Source of the DNA: a virus
Lineage: Duplodnaviria > Caudoviricetes
IMG/VR virus record: IMGVR_UViG_3300033997_000554
Location: 1-57,963 of that record
DNA length: 57,963 nucleotides
Direction: 5' to 3' (one strand)
Shown here: in pieces, positions 46,301-54,760 of the stretch
Layout of the letters: the number at the start of each line of letters is the position of its first letter
Position numbering within the stretch: the stretch's first letter is position 1
Made by a program: the position numbers and the translations under genes
Notes under the pieces: model-generated
Database searches by the model: none
What the model was told of the DNA's origin: nothing
Seen by the model: only the letters and a program-made list of their open reading frames with translations

Positions 46301-49300
46301 GGCGCCGGCACCTTCTGCGGCCGACTTTGCGCGCGGCGCGCGGCGCGACTTCCTGCAGATGGTGCGCCAGGCCGGAGGCATCCGCCCCGAGCTGGCAGCC
46401 GATATCTACGGCGATCGCGCCCACCTGGCCAACCGGCGGGCGCCCGGCCTGTTCCGCCAGGGTGGCATGGACGCCGACCGCCTGGTGGAAGCCATGCAGC
46501 AGGCCGGTTACCTGCCTATAGAGGGCGACACCGTCGACTTGGCGGGCACGGCTATGGATCGCGTGCGCGAGGCGCTGGAGGGCGAGGCGGTCTATTCGCT
46601 CGAGCAGATGGACGAGGCGGCGCGCCGCGCGTATGCTGAGCGCCAGGCCGAACGGTTCAGCGATGCCAAGGATAAAAACAAGCTGGCCGAGGATCTTTTT
46701 GGCGCGATCGACGCCATGCCGGCCGACACGACCATGCAGGAGCTGGCGGCGCAATTCGATGCCGCGGTCTACCTGAGCGAGCAAGGAATTACCGATGTCC
46801 CTACCCAAGAAGCCATCATCGAGCGAGCCTCAATCCAAGCCGACGGAGACGCCGGAGCATTCGAGCAAGCCGTTAAGTCCCAAGCAGCGGCGCTTGGTCG
46901 GCGGGACGATGGCGATCCTCGGCGCCCTTCGCAACAGCCAGGAGCGGGAAGCGATGGAGCAGGCGCAGGAGGTGATCGCCAAGGCGGCCCGCAAGGACTG
47001 ACCCTCGAAAGCCCGACGCCTGACGGGCTCCGGGCGGCAGCCAGCCAGCAGGCCGCCCAGCAGCAACAAGCCACCATCGAGGCCCGAGAGGCCGACCAGC
47101 GCGGCGCAGCTGATGCCGCGCGCGACGATTTTGTCCTGACCGGCAGCGACCGGGCGGCCGACCAAGCCGCAGCGCGGGGCCAGCAGGAACTGGCACCGGC
47201 CCCGGAAGCCCCCGCCGCGGCCAGCGAGCCGACCGCCCGTCCTGGTGGTCGCATCGAAGATTTCGGCGAGACGCTGCAGGGCGCCCGCAAACACTACGCC
47301 GAGCAGTACGCCGAGCGCATGCGCCAGGCCGAGGCGTTGCCGATCCGCGATCACGCCCTGGCCGAGACGTGGCCGGAGCCGAATTACGGCAAGCTCCTCG
47401 AGGACGGCGCCGACCCGTTCCTGGTGGCGCTCGTGCACGCCAGCCGCGACGAGATTCCCAGCAAGCCGCGCAAGGGATGGAAGCTCAAGGGCTGGGTCGA
47501 CCAGGTGCAGCGGCTGCGTGAATTCTCCGGCGAGCTGCTGGCGGGCAGGATCAGGGGCGCCGACGTGCGCGCCATCCTAGATAAGTCGCAGGATCTGCGC
47601 GACGTCTACGGGCGGGCCCAACTGTACGAGGCCGTGGGTCATGATCGATCCCTGCGCGGCGTGTCCCTGCGGTCGGCAGACTACAGCGTTTTCGCCGGCG
47701 AGAGGTTCGACCCGCCGCGCCGGATCTGGACCGTAGAGCGCAAGGCGTCCACCGGCATGGGCAACTGGCCGCAGATCGCCGCCAAGGGCGACAGCGCCGC
47801 GGCAGCCATCGCCGATTTCAAACGCGAGATGGACAGGCAGGCCGGCGAACCGGCGCCGGCGCGTGAGGTGCGTTTCGATATCTACTCGCGCCCGCGCATG
47901 CCTGGTTTCTACATCGGCAAGAAGGTCGGTCGGACCTACATCGACTTGCAGCACTTCGATGACGTCAAGGCCGCCCGCGCCTACCTGGCCGAGAACAAGG
48001 AGCAGCTGACCCAGCGGCTGGACGAGCTGAAGGACGTCCCGGCGCACCGGCGCGAGACGAACGCGCCGCGGGTTGGCGTGGACCACCGGGATGGCGGTGA
48101 CGTGACGCCGGCGCAGTTCAGCGATGCCTTCGGCTTTCGTGGGGTGCAGTTCGGCAATTATGTCGAGGGCGGCCGCCGCCAGGCTGATCTGAACGAAGCC
48201 TACAATGCCCTGATGGATCTGGCTGGCGTCATCGGCGTGCCGGCGCGTGCGCTGTCGCTCAATGGCGAGCTGGGCCTGGCCTTCGGCGCGCGCGGCGCCG
48301 GCGGGAAGGATGCCCCCATGGCGCACTACGAGCCCGGCCAGGTCGTTATCAACCTGACGAAGAAGCGCGGCGCGGGGTCGCTCGCGCATGAATGGTGGCA
48401 CGGCCTGGACAATTATTTCTCGCGCCGTGGCGGCACGTCGGCCGGGTACGCCTCAGAAGCAGGCGCTGCCACCACCGGCATCCGGCCCGCGATGGCCGAG
48501 GCCTTCGGGGCGCTCAAGCAGACGATCGGCCTGATCGGCATGCGAGAGCGGTCGCGCAAGCTGGATGAGCGCAAGGCGAAAGACTACTGGTCCACCGGCC
48601 GCGAGCTGTCCGCGCGGGCGTTCGAGAGCTATGTGATCGCCAAGCTGGCCGACCAGGGCGCCGCCAACGACTACCTGGCCAACGTGGTGCCGGAGAAGGC
48701 CTTCGGCGACGAGCTGGCCTACCCGTACCCGACCGCCGCCGAGATCCCGCAGATTCGGGCGGCGTTCGATCGCTTTTTTCAGACGGTGGATCAGGTGCCC
48801 GGCGAGGATGGCCGGATTGCGCTCGAGAGTCGGGGCGACGGCGGGCAGGGTGTCGACCCTGCCGAAGCGCGGCGCCTGGCGGCCGACTTCATGGGCAAGC
48901 TGCCGGGCGCAGCCGCCCTACGCGTGTCGGTTGTGGAGCGCGTCGACCAGATTCCCGAGGGGGCGAAACCGTCCGTGATGGCCGAGGGAGCCTACTACCC
49001 GGCGGGCGATGGCGGCCGGATCTACCTGGTGGCTGAAAACGTGCCCACGGCGGAGCGCCTGCAGCAGGTGCTGGCGCATGAGGTTGTCGGCCACTTCGGC
49101 GTCGAGGCGCTTCTGGGCGATCGCTTCCGCGACGTGCTGGCCGACGTGCGCCGTCTGGCTCGCGCGCCGGATGGCGCGCACATCCCGCGCGACGCGGGCC
49201 CGGACCATCCGCACTACGCCACCTTCGAGGCTGTGACGGCGCGCTATCCGGACTATTCGGCCGCCAACCGCGCCCGCGAAGTCCTGGCGCGCATGGCGGA

Positions 49301-52300
49301 GCAGGGCAAGCGCCCGGTGTTCCTGGAACGTCTCTACGGCATGATCCGCGCCGCGCTGCGGCGGCTGGGCCTGAACCTGCAGTTGAACAACGCCGACATC
49401 CGCAAGATGGTCGTCGACGCCGGCCGGTTCTTGCAGCGTGCGCCGGCGGCGCGAGTGAGCGCCGGCATGCAGGAAGCCGCCGCCTCGATGGCGGCCAGCC
49501 GCGGGGCAGACACCTCCGGCGCCGCCGTGACCGTGCTGACCGGCGAGGAGCTGGGCGCGGCCGAGCTGGGCGCCAAGGAGCTGCGCGATGCCGCGCGCAC
49601 CTGGGCGGCGGAGAACCTGAAAGGGAAAAATTTCGTGAACCGCGCGACCGGTTGGGCGGTGCAGGTCAGCCAACGCGGCATCAAGGAATCGCTGTCACGC
49701 AGCGCCCGCATCAGCAAGGTCCAGTCCATGGTGGCATTGCCGGGCCTGATCGAACAGGCCATCCTGGGCCATTCGGAAGCCAACCGCAACAAGCAGCGTG
49801 ATCCCTTTACCAGCCAGGTGCACACGCTGTATGCGCCGGTGGAGATCGCCGGCCAGGACTACCTGGCGCGTCTGGTCGTGAAGGAAAACGCCAACGGTCA
49901 CCTTTTCTACGACCACGATCTTTCCGAGGTGGTGGAAGCAAAACGCCCCGACAACACGTCTGCCGTAAGCATTCCCGCTTCCAAAGCGGGCGCAGATCAG
50001 ACGCCGTCAGGGCGAGGTTTTACGGTAGAAGATATCGCGGCGATCGTCAACAGGGAGGGACGGGCCGGCTGGGTGTTCGATCCTGGCGCGCTCGAGTCGC
50101 GCCGCCGCTACGAGAAAGCCCCGCCAGCCGCGGGGCTTCGTACTTCTGAGCTCGTGGAATCGCGCGCGGCCGCGGCGACCGCAGGCACCCCGCCAGCGCA
50201 GCCCGGCGCGGCCCGCGAGCCCAAGCGCGGCGCCAAGATCGAGCGCCCGGGCGAGACGCTGTCCGACATCGAGCGGCGCCAACGCAACAAATTCTTGGGC
50301 AAGATCGGCGCGTGGGCGGAGCAGGAACCCATCAAGGCGCGCCTGGCCAAGGCGTCCGATCGCTGGCAGGCGAAGCTGGTGCAGGGCATTTTCGATCAGT
50401 TCGCGCCGCTCAAGGGGATCAGCGCCACCGCCTACATGCAGGCGCGCCTATCCAAGGGCGCCGACGGCGCCGCCGAATACCTGGTGCGGCACGGCGCGGT
50501 CAAGCTGCAGGACGGCGCGCTGGACACTGCCGGCGGCAAGGGGCTGGCGGAAATCCTGGCCGGCTTGAACGGCGAACACGACCATTTCATGGCCTGGATC
50601 GCCGCCAACCGGGCCGAGCGCCTGGCTGCCGAATGGCAGGTGCGGTTCGACAACGGCGTGACCGAGCGCTTTGCGAACGAGGCCGCCGCGCGCACCGAGG
50701 CGGCGAAGTGGCCCGGCGCCAAGGCCGAGCCCGCGTCGCGCGAACGGCTTTTCACGCCCGACGATATCGAGGCCGGCAAGCGCCTGGCTCAGGGCAAGAT
50801 GGCCGACGGCCGCGATCGCGCCACCGTCTACCGCGAAGCCCTGGGCCAGTTCAACGAGCTGCAGCGCTCCGTCCTGGACGTGGCGCAGGAGGCCGGCCTG
50901 GTCGACCCCAGCTCGCGCAAGCTGTGGGAGAGCGAGTTCTATGTGCCGTTCTATCGGGTGATGGAGGACGACGCTACCGGCACCATGGGGCCCGGTCAGA
51001 TCGGCGGCCTGGTGGGCCAGCACGCATACAAGCGCCTCAAGGGCGGCACGGACAAGCTGGGCGACCTGGTCGCCAACACGGTGTCGAACTGGTCGCATCT
51101 GCTGTCCGCGAGCATGAAGAACCTGGCCGCGCAGGGCGCGCTGCAGGAGGCGGAAAAGCTGGGTGTCGCCACGCGGGTGCGCCAGGCCGAGCGGGGCAGC
51201 GTGCGCGCCATGTTCGCCGGCCAGGAACGCCACTACCAGGTATCCGATCCGCTGGTGCTGAACGCGCTGACGTCGCTGCATTACGTCGGCTCCAATGACC
51301 CATTCACCAAGGCGGCGCGAAAGTTCAAGCACGCGCTGACGGTGGGGGTGACCATCAGCCCGACCTTCCGCGTGCGCAACTTGCTGCGCGACACGATCCA
51401 GGCCATGGCGATCGACAGCAACCTGTCCACCAATCCGCTGCGGAGCCTGGTGGAAGGGTGGAAGGCAACCGGCGCCGAGAGCGACACCTGGCGCCGGCTC
51501 ATGGCTGGGGGCGGGGCGGTGCGCTTCGGATCCTTCAACGACGGCAACGCCCGCAACGTGAAGCGCCTGGTCGACGAGCTGGGCGCTCATCCCGACGACG
51601 TCATCACGTCGCCGGCCGGCATGGGCCGCGCGCTGCGCAAGGCCTTCGACTGGTATCAGGAAACTGGCGACCGATCCGAGACGATCAACCGCGCGGCGAT
51701 CTACCAGCAGGCACGCAAGGCCGGCCGCAGCCATCTGGAGGCCAGCTATGCCGCCCGCGACCTGATGGACTTCACCGCCGGCGGCACGTTCTCCGCCGTG
51801 CGGATGCTGTCGCAGGTGGTGCCATTCTTCAACGCACGCCTGCAGGGCATGTACAAGCTGGGCCGCGGCGCGGCCGCGGATCCTGCCCGGTTCGCCGCGG
51901 TAACGGGCGCCGTGGCGATGGCGTCGGCGCTGCTGTACCTGGGCATGAAGGACGACGACGACTACAAACAGCTGCCCGACTGGGCGCGCAATTCGTTCTG
52001 GATCACGAAGTTGCCGGGCACGAACCACTTCGTCTACATCCCGAAGCCGTTTGAGATCGGCGCCCTGGGCAGTGTGGTCGAGCGCGGCACCGAGCTGGCC
52101 TTTGGCGGGGACGACTTCCGCCTGCGCGACTTCGGCCGGACGGTGGGCGCCATCCTGAGCGAGCAGCTGTCGATGAACCCGGTCCCGCAGCTGGTCAAGC
52201 CGGCGATGGAAGCGGCGTTCAACTACGACTCCTTCCGCGAGCGCGACATCGACAGCGTCGGTCAGCAGCGCCTGCCGGCCGGCGATCGCTTCACGGCGTC

Positions 52301-52838
52301 GACCTCGGCCGGGGCGGTGGCGCTGGGCAAGGCGCTGGGCCTGTCGCCGCAGCGCCTGGAACACCTGGTGCGCGGCTACTTCGGCTGGCTGGGAACGCAG
52401 GCGCTGAACGTGTCCGATCACCTGGCCAGGCCGCTGTCGGGCCTGCCCGAGAATCCGCGCCGCGACCTGAGCCGCCTGGATAACTGGTTCGTAGTCGGCG
52501 ATTTCGTGAAGGAATCCGACCCGCGCTCGAGCAAGTACATCCAGCGGTTCTATGACGAGCAGCGCGAACTCAACCAGGTCTACGCCGCCTTTTCACAGGC
52601 GCGCGAGCTGGGCGACCTCGAGCGCGCCCGCGAGCTGGCCGGCGACGACCAGATGCGCCTGCGCGCACTGTTCAAGGCTGCCGACAGCCAGCTGCGGGAC
52701 GTCAATCTCAAGATCAAGGCGCTCGAGCGCGCGAGCATCCCGGCCGACGAGAAGCGCGCGCAGCTGGACCTGCTGTACCGCGCCCGTAACCGCCTGGCCG
52801 CGCTGGCCGACCAGCACGCCCGCAGCGCCCGTCCCTGA
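43350..52838 (+). CDS. Giant polyvalent virion protein (3162 aa)
   Basis: Lysozyme-like RGIRNNNPGNI (~45075), pyrophosphatase-like HYGYI..T.GADGD.VDVF (~45830), LPD1-like HEWWH (~48387), zincin HEVVGH (~49078), LPD3-like domain (~49530-49920), LPD38-like C-terminus. Confidence 0.9.
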   Translation: MENFENPADGIEFKDNVAARRDQVRADLDVQFSDAGAPAGATGKPLPFTFRVADYTRAQQDGGGIEFVDFPKTLAGGAIKGAGSAVRGVGKVAEGLGRVGVTAVNQAFDAGLEIPTNPLEGAADATHRLGERVLDSRTAEAKRREADSQPGGDLDKPETWTLGRDPSASGLALQALNAGGSSALPVLASVAAGPLGVGARMAAGAAAGGAMGGGNAIEQARETIDGLDDQQLAAASSAYRDLIAQGVTPEEARARVRADAENAAFVRTLPVSAVGGAATGRILSPAGRVLGDRGVVAQTLGKAALAGTEEAVQEVGEGYATQKGINAGAGMALDPMAGSFGNAALGFVAGMGPGAVHGATEGVRHRGVPSAPSLEAGDVMHASGKPFVTASAARQRAEELGEWAQVLRYENGFIVRPGAAVDQQAAGAAPTAAEGSGGTEGAPAATDTANADGQAAGFAPRQQVYLRQNGRELPVEFLGVESNAATARAGGEQLARIRTADGRGRFVRLSELFAEPMPGNSLRQAMDGPAALEGPEAFPVLDGPIQRAALPAPDGYAAGEGFVARDSWRMPANAPRGIRNNNPGNIQRGAGFQGEVEGNDPRFATFATPEDGIRAIGMNLLTYQRQHGLDTVRGILNRWAPPSENDTGAYVGQVARALGVEPNQQLDLSDPATLTGLTAAIIRHENAMQPYNAAQLEAAVSAALSGAPVRRALPAPVYQVDGEGVAATAGQRDAELARQAAMGMTPDVAAAGERHPGAATDAAAHEAATSPTNDRPEPTDAQKDAGNYKVGRTRIAGLDISIENPEGSERRGTSPDGTSWANRMAGHYGYIRRTQGADGDQVDVFVRPGTTPDFAGPVFVIDQVDPAGGRFDEAKVMLGYDTREDAERAYRDSYTPDWRGMGKITQMDVPTFKRWIDEGDTTKPASESGLGTLVAEPDITAKGGRPFLTRGAAQRAATLHGNADVEPVDGGFVARPRTGQPPREAPAPSAADFARGARRDFLQMVRQAGGIRPELAADIYGDRAHLANRRAPGLFRQGGMDADRLVEAMQQAGYLPIEGDTVDLAGTAMDRVREALEGEAVYSLEQMDEAARRAYAERQAERFSDAKDKNKLAEDLFGAIDAMPADTTMQELAAQFDAAVYLSEQGITDVPTQEAIIERASIQADGDAGAFEQAVKSQAAALGRRDDGDPRRPSQQPGAGSDGAGAGGDRQGGPQGLTLESPTPDGLRAAASQQAAQQQQATIEAREADQRGAADAARDDFVLTGSDRAADQAAARGQQELAPAPEAPAAASEPTARPGGRIEDFGETLQGARKHYAEQYAERMRQAEALPIRDHALAETWPEPNYGKLLEDGADPFLVALVHASRDEIPSKPRKGWKLKGWVDQVQRLREFSGELLAGRIRGADVRAILDKSQDLRDVYGRAQLYEAVGHDRSLRGVSLRSADYSVFAGERFDPPRRIWTVERKASTGMGNWPQIAAKGDSAAAAIADFKREMDRQAGEPAPAREVRFDIYSRPRMPGFYIGKKVGRTYIDLQHFDDVKAARAYLAENKEQLTQRLDELKDVPAHRRETNAPRVGVDHRDGGDVTPAQFSDAFGFRGVQFGNYVEGGRRQADLNEAYNALMDLAGVIGVPARALSLNGELGLAFGARGAGGKDAPMAHYEPGQVVINLTKKRGAGSLAHEWWHGLDNYFSRRGGTSAGYASEAGAATTGIRPAMAEAFGALKQTIGLIGMRERSRKLDERKAKDYWSTGRELSARAFESYVIAKLADQGAANDYLANVVPEKAFGDELAYPYPTAAEIPQIRAAFDRFFQTVDQVPGEDGRIALESRGDGGQGVDPAEARRLAADFMGKLPGAAALRVSVVERVDQIPEGAKPSVMAEGAYYPAGDGGRIYLVAENVPTAERLQQVLAHEVVGHFGVEALLGDRFRDVLADVRRLARAPDGAHIPRDAGPDHPHYATFEAVTARYPDYSAANRAREVLARMAEQGKRPVFLERLYGMIRAALRRLGLNLQLNNADIRKMVVDAGRFLQRAPAARVSAGMQEAAASMAASRGADTSGAAVTVLTGEELGAAELGAKELRDAARTWAAENLKGKNFVNRATGWAVQVSQRGIKESLSRSARISKVQSMVALPGLIEQAILGHSEANRNKQRDPFTSQVHTLYAPVEIAGQDYLARLVVKENANGHLFYDHDLSEVVEAKRPDNTSAVSIPASKAGADQTPSGRGFTVEDIAAIVNREGRAGWVFDPGALESRRRYEKAPPAAGLRTSELVESRAAAATAGTPPAQPGAAREPKRGAKIERPGETLSDIERRQRNKFLGKIGAWAEQEPIKARLAKASDRWQAKLVQGIFDQFAPLKGISATAYMQARLSKGADGAAEYLVRHGAVKLQDGALDTAGGKGLAEILAGLNGEHDHFMAWIAANRAERLAAEWQVRFDNGVTERFANEAAARTEAAKWPGAKAEPASRERLFTPDDIEAGKRLAQGKMADGRDRATVYREALGQFNELQRSVLDVAQEAGLVDPSSRKLWESEFYVPFYRVMEDDATGTMGPGQIGGLVGQHAYKRLKGGTDKLGDLVANTVSNWSHLLSASMKNLAAQGALQEAEKLGVATRVRQAERGSVRAMFAGQERHYQVSDPLVLNALTSLHYVGSNDPFTKAARKFKHALTVGVTISPTFRVRNLLRDTIQAMAIDSNLSTNPLRSLVEGWKATGAESDTWRRLMAGGGAVRFGSFNDGNARNVKRLVDELGAHPDDVITSPAGMGRALRKAFDWYQETGDRSETINRAAIYQQARKAGRSHLEASYAARDLMDFTAGGTFSAVRMLSQVVPFFNARLQGMYKLGRGAAADPARFAAVTGAVAMASALLYLGMKDDDDYKQLPDWARNSFWITKLPGTNHFVYIPKPFEIGALGSVVERGTELAFGGDDFRLRDFGRTVGAILSEQLSMNPVPQLVKPAMEAAFNYDSFRERDIDSVGQQRLPAGDRFTASTSAGAVALGKALGLSPQRLEHLVRGYFGWLGTQALNVSDHLARPLSGLPENPRRDLSRLDNWFVVGDFVKESDPRSSKYIQRFYDEQRELNQVYAAFSQARELGDLERARELAGDDQMRLRALFKAADSQLRDVNLKIKALERASIPADEKRAQLDLLYRARNRLAALADQHARSARP
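46795..47001 (+). CDS. Overprinted 68-aa ORF in the +1 frame of the giant gene
   Basis: AAGGA RBS 7 nt before the ATG; GC3 bias shifts from the host frame to this frame. Confidence 0.6.
   Translation: MSLPKKPSSSEPQSKPTETPEHSSKPLSPKQRRLVGGTMAILGALRNSQEREAMEQAQEVIAKAARKD
49938..50016 (-). ncRNA. Predicted ~75-80 nt cis-antisense hairpin RNA inside the giant gene
   Basis: CGCCCUGAC/GUCGGGGCG, CGUCUG/CAGACG and CCCGCUU/AAGCGGG stems, ending in UUUUGCUU; mismatches are G-U pairs only on the minus strand. Confidence 0.6.
50022..50050 (-). promoter_or_regulatory. Internal antisense sigma70 promoter
   Basis: TTGACG (50050-45)-N17-TACCGT (50027-22). Confidence 0.6.
50112..50138 (-). terminator. Internal minus-strand terminator upstream of the antisense promoter
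   Basis: AAGCCCCGC-ggctg-GCGGGGCTT followed by TCT. Confidence 0.55.
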
Positions 52839-52862
52839 CGCCTACCACCTGATCCAACACCC

Positions 52863-52886
52863 GCGCGCCCTCCGGCGCGCTTTTTT
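52863..52886 (+). terminator. Intrinsic terminator between the giant gene and the endolysin
   Basis: GCGCGCC-ctcc-GGCGCGC-TTTTTT. Confidence 0.75.
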
Positions 52887-52898
52887 CGAGGAGCCATC

Positions 52899-53309
52899 AT
52901 GTTCGCATTCAGCCTTTCGGCGCGCAGCCTGCAGCGCCTGGACGGGGTACACCCCCGACTTGTCGAAATCGTCAAACTGGCGATCCAACGCACCGCGGTC
53001 GATTTCACGGTAGTCGAGGGTCTGCGCTCGCCCGAACGCCAGCGCGAGCTAGTCGCCCAAGGCGCCAGCCAGACGCAGAACAGCCTGCACCTGCGCCAGC
53101 AGGACGGCTATGGCCACGCCGTCGACCTGGCGCCGCTGGTCGGTGGCGCGATTCCGTGGAGCGACTGGGAGCAATTCCGCCGCCTGGCCGACGTGGTGAA
53201 GGCCTGCGCGGCCGAGCAGGGCACGCCGGTGGAGTGGGGCGGGGACTGGAAGTCGCTCAAGGACGGTCCTCACTTTCAGCTGCCGCGCGGCTGGGCGGCA
53301 GCAGCATGA
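52899..53309 (+). CDS. Endolysin, M15 family L-Ala-D-Glu peptidase
   Basis: LS.RS..RL.GVHP.L, EGLRS.ERQ, S.H......GHAVD, WGGDW...DGPHFQL. Confidence 0.92.
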   Translation: MFAFSLSARSLQRLDGVHPRLVEIVKLAIQRTAVDFTVVEGLRSPERQRELVAQGASQTQNSLHLRQQDGYGHAVDLAPLVGGAIPWSDWEQFRRLADVVKACAAEQGTPVEWGGDWKSLKDGPHFQLPRGWAAAA

Positions 53310-53830
53310 TGAAGATGACCGGCCTGCTGGTGGGGTGGCGGGGGTATGCCGTTGCGGTGGTGGTGGGGGCGGTTGCTGCTGGTGGCGTGGCCTGGACAGC
53401 CCAGGCCTGGCGCTATACGGCGCAGTTGGCGGAGGTGCGTGCCGACCACGCGGAAGATCAAGCGGCCCAGGCCAAGGCTACGGTGGCCGCCGTCGAGGCT
53501 GTCAGGAATGAAGAAAGGCGGCGTATGGCCGCCGTGGAGATTGCCCGTGATGATGCCCAGAAACAAGCCGCTGCCGCGGCTACTGATGCTGCTGGCGCTC
53601 GTGATGAGCGTGACCGCTTGCGCGCCCGTGCCAACACGCTGGCTCGCGCCGCAGCAGCCGAACACCCCGCCCTTGCCGACGGAAGCCCGTCAGGAGCCGC
53701 TGCCGTCGATCTGCTCGCCTACATGCTCGGCCGCGCTGTCGATCGAGCTGAAGCGCTTGCGGGCATTGCAGACCGTGCCCGCGTCGCGGGACTGACCTGT
53801 GAGCGGGTGTACAACGATTCTCGCCGCTAA
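53306..53830 (+). CDS. Rz: Rz-like inner spanin (DUF2514-like)
   Basis: N-terminal TM helix, coiled coil, ADRARVAGLTCERVY. Confidence 0.85.
   Translation: MMKMTGLLVGWRGYAVAVVVGAVAAGGVAWTAQAWRYTAQLAEVRADHAEDQAAQAKATVAAVEAVRNEERRRMAAVEIARDDAQKQAAAAATDAAGARDERDRLRARANTLARAAAAEHPALADGSPSGAAAVDLLAYMLGRAVDRAEALAGIADRARVAGLTCERVYNDSRR
53550..53795 (+). CDS. Rz1: Rz1-like outer spanin lipoprotein embedded in Rz
   Basis: LLMLLALVMSVTAC lipobox, Pro-rich, +1 frame within Rz. Confidence 0.8.
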   Translation: MMPRNKPLPRLLMLLALVMSVTACAPVPTRWLAPQQPNTPPLPTEARQEPLPSICSPTCSAALSIELKRLRALQTVPASRD

Positions 53831-53945
53831 TTTCCCGCGTGAGGTGAGCATCATGCAAAGATCTTCTCGATAGATGCGTGCGACCACCATTGCGGAATAA
53901 TTGTGTAAACTCGATGCGGACACGAATTGAAATATATCTAAACTG

Positions 53946-54755
53946 ATGATTGAAAAAAAAGAGCTTGTTCCCCCTCTTAAATGGGCGGGGGGGAAGCGAT
54001 GGTTTGTGACCAACTATCGGCATCTAATCCCAGACTCCTACGATGGTTATATAGAGCCATTTGTGGGATCGGGGGCTCTTTTCTTCACGCTGCGTCCGAA
54101 ACAGGCAATTCTCGCTGATGTAAATCCGGAGTTGATTAATCTTTATTCGGTAATACGATCGGATCCGTATGGCATGCAGCGCAAATTGCTTCGCCATCAA
54201 AGGCTGCACTCAAAAGAGTATTTTTATTATATGAGAAAATCTGTCCCTCGCTCTGAGCTGGGGCGGGCGGCCAGATTTCTTTATCTAAATAGAACGTGCT
54301 GGAACGGGCTGTACCGGGTCAATGCTCAGGGAAAATTCAACGTTCCAATTGGGACGAAGACGTCTGTTGTGATGGATACGGATGACTTTGAAGCATTGGG
54401 GGGGGCGCTGAATGGCGTGTCTTTGCTGTGTTCGGACTTCGAGGCTGTTGTTGATCGGGCGCAAAAAAACGATTTTGTATTCGTTGACCCGCCCTATACC
54501 GTAGCTCACAACTTTAACGGCTTTGTGAAATATAACGAGGTGTTGTTTTCATGGGGTGACCAAGAAAGGTTGATGCAGGCGGTGAGTCGGGCGGTGCGTC
54601 GTGGGGCAAAAGTGTTAGTCACCAATGCTGCACACGATTCTGTCCGAGCGCTTTATGCAGGCTTCGAGCAAATGTATGTTTCCCGCAGTGGAGTCATTGC
54701 GGGTAAGGCAAGTGCACGAGGTAATTTCCAAGAGCTTGTGATTCGTTGCTACTAA
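53946..54755 (+). CDS. dam: Dam-family (D12 class) N6-adenine DNA methyltransferase
   Basis: LKWAGGK, EPFVGSG, FLYLNR.CWNGLYRVN..G.FNVP.G, DPPY. Confidence 0.93.
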   Translation: MIEKKELVPPLKWAGGKRWFVTNYRHLIPDSYDGYIEPFVGSGALFFTLRPKQAILADVNPELINLYSVIRSDPYGMQRKLLRHQRLHSKEYFYYMRKSVPRSELGRAARFLYLNRTCWNGLYRVNAQGKFNVPIGTKTSVVMDTDDFEALGGALNGVSLLCSDFEAVVDRAQKNDFVFVDPPYTVAHNFNGFVKYNEVLFSWGDQERLMQAVSRAVRRGAKVLVTNAAHDSVRALYAGFEQMYVSRSGVIAGKASARGNFQELVIRCY

Positions 54756-54760
54756 AAAAA

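Noticed and set aside
43848-46808. 986-aa minus-strand ORF, and similar long antisense ORFs over the terminase, capsid and tail genes
   Set aside because: Shadow frames of well-supported plus-strand genes; no RBS or family motifs
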